Positions 60,021 to 64,000 of a stretch of DNA of 64,000 nucleotides are shown in pieces; the first letter of the stretch is position 1; each line of letters begins with the position of its first letter. Origin of the DNA: Paragordius varius (taxonomy: Eukaryota; Animalia; Nematomorpha); NCBI GenBank assembly GCA_964247055.1, contig OZ176058.1, positions 124,001 to 188,000 of the forward strand, read 5' to 3'. Both the position numbers and the translations under genes were made by a program. The notes under the pieces are model-generated. The model was given only the letters and a program-made list of their open reading frames with translations, searched no databases and was not told the DNA's origin.

Positions 60021-60134
60021 GTGGGTTCGTAGTTTGAATACGTAAAAGCACATGATGTTATAATTTAGAATCCAAAATTTGAAAACACTTATTTAATTTT
60101 TTTGCTATAGATTAATATAGTTAGAGAGTATATA

Positions 60135-60405
60135 TACAGTAAATGAAATTATACGGACAAAACTTAAAAGGTCAAAATAAAACTTACTAGAAAACCATTT
60201 ATATTTCAAATTCAATTTATTCAAATATTACTCAATTTTTTGGGTTTTAAAATACGGATTAGATATATAAATTGTACTCACTCAATTATACCATTTAAAA
60301 ATATATAGAAAAAATTAAGGTCTATAAAGTAGGCCTGTCATTTATAATAAATTATATTTATTTTATATTTTTACATTTTATCCGTAAAATTAAAATTTTA
60401 CTGTA
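60135..60405. mobile_element. MITE family 1 copy upstream of NAGK
   Basis: TACAGTAAATGAAATTATACGGACAAAAC ... TCCGTAAAATTAAAATTTTACTGTA. Confidence 0.7.
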
Positions 60406-60883
60406 TCTTTGATAGTTACGACTTGATGTTAGTTTTTATAAATCTTTTGTAAGTAATGAAGTTTATAAAACCATATTTATTTTTAAAATTTCTATAATAT
60501 TTGTAAAATATAAATATTTTATTTATAAATTTAGCTTATATTTAATTTTCTAAGTAAAGTATGACAAAACTACTTTATTCTAATTTAAAATTTAACATTT
60601 ATCCTTAATTATAAATTCTTTATAAGGCATCAAAGCTAATATTTTATATATTTCTAAAATAAATAGTTTATATTAAAATACATTTTAATATTTTAATTTT
60701 AAATTTAACTAAATTTACATATGCTCATATTTTCAAAATAGTCAACATCTGCCCTCGATCATAAGTTTTTTGGATTTGCCAGAAAATTTTATGTGATTTT
60801 TATTGCGATTTGGAAATTATATTGAAATATAAATATATATATATGCCTTCCAAAATAATTTATATTTCTAAACTTGATTGTGA

Positions 60884-60948
60884 ATGAAAAAAAACATGGA
60901 AAATCAAAATAATTTGGAATACAAATATTTGATTGGTGGAATTGAAGG
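60884..60948 (+). CDS. NAGK: NAGK exon 1 (two in-frame ATGs, 60884 and 60896)
   Basis: ATG...GGTGGAATTGAAGG|GTATAT, phase 2. Confidence 0.8.
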
Positions 60949-63786
60949 GTATATTATTTTGAGTTTTTTTGAAACTTTTTAAAAATTAAACTAAACTTAA
61001 AATTATTGTTTTAAATTGTGTTAATATAGATTTTTTTGAAACTTTTTAAAAAATAATAGTTTAAACTAAATTTTAATACTTCAATTGTTTAAATTTAAAA
61101 CCTTAATAAAGATTTTTTTGAAAGTTTTTTAAAAATATTTTGTTTAATTAAGAATTTTAATTGTTTAATTAAAGTGTCTTTATATAGATTTTTTTGGAAT
61201 TAATAGTTTTTATATTTTTATCTTTATAACTTTAGGTTTAAGAAAGAAATTATATTTAATTTACATTTAATATTTGTATGAATTTAATTTTAAGTTTAAA
61301 TTTTAAGTTTTACAGTAAAAATTGAAATTATACCAATGACAAAATGTAAAAATATAAAGACAAATATTTTTTTCAAAAGACAACCCCATACTTTTTAAAA
61401 CCTTAATTTATTTTATAAAAAATATTTATTATTTATTATATTAAACTCTGTAGTTTAAAACAATATAATTTATATTTAAAAAAAATTAAGATTTAAAAAT
61501 TATGGATTATTTTTTATAAAAAAAATTTGTCTTTATATTTTTAAATTTTGTCCTTTCGTATATATTCAATTTTTACTGTAAAATAATTTAAAATTTATCA
61601 AGAAATTTAAATTTTTTAGCAAACTTTTTTAAAATTATTTAAAACTTTTTATAAATAATACTTTTTCAGAATTTTCTTAATTACTAAAATTATCAAATTT
61701 ATTAAAAAATTTTATTTTTATAAAAATATAATTTTATTAAATTTAAATTTTTTTATTTTTTAAAAGCTTATTACTTTTTTATTTAACTTTTAAATCTTAA
61801 TATTTTTGCCACTTTTTATTTTTTCTAATAAAATCCAAATATCCTTAATAATAATTTATTAAAACATAATATTTTTTTAAAATTTTATTTTTATAATAAA
61901 TTTTTTTATTTAAGATTTTTTTATAAATTTAAATATCTTTATTTATATTTTAAAAATAATATTTTTTAAACAAATATATTATTTATAAAAAATTTTTAAT
62001 ATAAATTTTTAATTTTTATAAAATATTAATTTTTATAAATTATATTTTTTTTAAAATCTATAAATTTTTATTTAAATTATTAAAAAATATATAATTTATA
62101 AAAAAATTAAATATTTTTTATAAAAAATAAATTTTTTATTTAAATATATATATACTATTTATAAAAATTTTTAAAAATTTTAATTTTTATTTTTTTATAA
62201 ATTTTATTTTTATAAAAAATTTTTTTATAAAATATTTTTATAAAAATTAAATTTATAATTTTTAATATAAAATTTTTAATTTTTATAAAAAAATTTAAAA
62301 ATTTTAATAAAATATTTTTTTAGAGGAAGTACCCATTCCACCTGTATAATTGTAAATGAAAAAGGAAATCTTTTAATTGAAGAACCCGTTATTGGGCCCC
62401 CCATTAATCCTTGGGTATAATTTAGTTTTAAAAAATAATTTTTTATAAAAATTAAATTTTTTTATAAAAATTAATAATTTTTTAAAATAAAAAATTAAAT
62501 TTTTAAAAAATTAATAATTTTTTTAACATATTTTTTATATATATTATATTATAAAAATATTAAATTTTTTAAAAAAAATTTATAAAAATATATTAAATTT
62601 TTAAAAATATTATTTTTTTAAATTTAATATAGTTTTTGAAAAAATTATAAATTTCATAAAAAAATTTTAAAAAAAATATTTTTTTAAAAAAAAAAAAATT
62701 ATAAAAAATTAATATATTAAAATATTAATATTATAAAATAAATATAAAATTAGTATATAAAATTATTAAATATAAAATAATTTTAAATTTATTATATTTT
62801 TAAAATATTTTGAATAAAAATAATTATGTTGAAAATATAAAATATTAATAAAAAATATTTTTTTTAATTATAATTTTTTTTAAAAAATTTTAAAATTTTT
62901 TTTATATATTAATTTTTTTTATACTTTATATAATTTTTTTTTAAATATAATTGATTTTTTAAATATTTTGATTAAAAATAATTAATAAATATATTTTTTT
63001 ATTTTTTAAAAATCTAATAAGTATAATAATTTTTTGATGTTTTTGGAACTAAATTAAATATGAAAAAATAATTTAAAAAAAATTGATAATATTAAATTAA
63101 TTGAAAATTTTAAAAATTAAAAAATATTAACAATTTAAATCTAAAATTAAAAATGTTTTATAAAGAATAAAATAAAAATATTTTGAATAAGAATTAAAAT
63201 AATTTTTAAAATGTTCTTAAAAAAAATAATTAATAAAAATATATTATTTTTTAACTAATTCTATTTTAATTTTTTAGGAATAAAATATTTTTAATTATAT
63301 ATTAAATTATAAATTATTTTAACATTAATTTGTGTTTATTTATTTTTTTATTATTTATATATTTTTTTCTTTTTTTTTTATTTCTCTAAAGTTTTTTAAA
63401 TTTTTTTATTTAATATTTATTTACTTTTTTTGTTTTTTTTAGTTAAATTTTTTTTAAATTCATTCTTTATTTTTTAATAAATTTTAATTTTTTTTTAATT
63501 TATTTATATAAAATTAAATATAGTTATATTTTTAAATTATATATTTATAAAAATAATTTTATTTTATAAATTTTATAAAAATAATTTTTTTTTATAAAAA
63601 ATTAAATTTAAAATATTAATATGTTTAAATTATATTATATAATTTAAAAATTATAATTAATATTTTTAATTTTTTTTTATTTTTTTTTATTTTTTTAGTT
63701 ATATCCAAATGAAGAATTATGGGCAAATCAAGTGGAAAATATTTTAAAAGAAGCTTTAAAACAATTTATTTTACAAAATAAAAAAA
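60884..63786 (+). CDS. NAGK: N-acetyl-D-glucosamine kinase, 5' part (exons 1-3; gene continues beyond the window)
   Basis: Spliced translation (MKKN)MENQNNLEYKYLIGGIEG|GSTHSTCIIVNEKGNLLIEEPVIGPPINPW|LYPNEELWANQVENILKEALKQF aligns with NAGK IYGGVEGGGTRSEVLLVSEDGKIL...TNHW|LIGTDKCVERINEMV (human sequence recalled from memory). GT-AG introns with compatible phases. Confidence 0.85.
61313..61578. mobile_element. MITE family 1 copy in NAGK intron 1
   Basis: TA|CAGTAAAAATTGAAATTATAC ... TTCAATTTTTACTG|TA. Confidence 0.8.
62324..62414 (+). CDS. NAGK: NAGK exon 2
   Basis: TTTTAG|AGGAAGT ... CCTTGG|GTATAA; 91 nt. Confidence 0.88.
63699..63786 (+). CDS. NAGK: NAGK exon 3
   Basis: TTTTAG|TTATAT ... 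AAAA|GTAATT; 88 nt. Confidence 0.8.
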
Positions 63787-64000
63787 GTAATTTTAATTTA
63801 TTTTTTAATTTTTTTAAAAATATTTAATAAAATAAAAATATTATTTTTTTAAGATTTATAATTATTTATTATAATATTTGGTAAAGTTTTATTGTTTATA
63901 AATTAAATTTTATAATATTAAAATTCATATTTTATTTAAAATTTATAATTATTTATTATATATTTTTGGATAAAAGTATTTATAATATTAAAATAATTTA

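Noticed and set aside
1-64000. tRNA, rRNA or snoRNA genes; transposase or reverse transcriptase ORFs
   Set aside because: I saw no sequence with the needed GC content, structure or coding length. Small intronic ncRNAs cannot be excluded without a covariance-model search.

Overview
This is an extremely AT-rich, intron-rich animal locus. By eye the introns are roughly 90% A+T and the exons about 30% GC. The taxon cannot be determined from the sequence. By hand I reconstructed a complete 26-exon FHOD-family formin gene (FHOD1/3, Fhos-like) on the minus strand, 54250 to 2046. All its introns are GT-AG, all phases are compatible, and the CDS is 5205 nt (about 1734 aa; GBD/FH3, FH1, FH2, DAD). The first three coding exons of an N-acetylglucosamine kinase (NAGK) lie head-to-head with it on the plus strand, from 60884/60896 to beyond 63786. 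Introns contain at least three TA-flanked MITE families, hAT-like termini, (TA)n tracts and satellites. Four features stand out. (1) More than a dozen FHOD splice junctions are tandemly amplified into the adjacent intron (1 to about 24 copies of exon end + GT, or AG + exon start), which creates arrays of decoy splice sites. (2) Differences between the FH2 exons and these copies fall largely on synonymous third positions, so the copies read like a fossil record of the exon. (3) The palindrome CAGCTG (mostly AWCAGCTGWT) occurs 16 times in the CDS, in all three reading frames, and about 31 times in total. (4) The start-codon region is itself amplified into an array of frame-preserving short ORFs. 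Most entries in the supplied ORF track are spurious or are parts of these exons.
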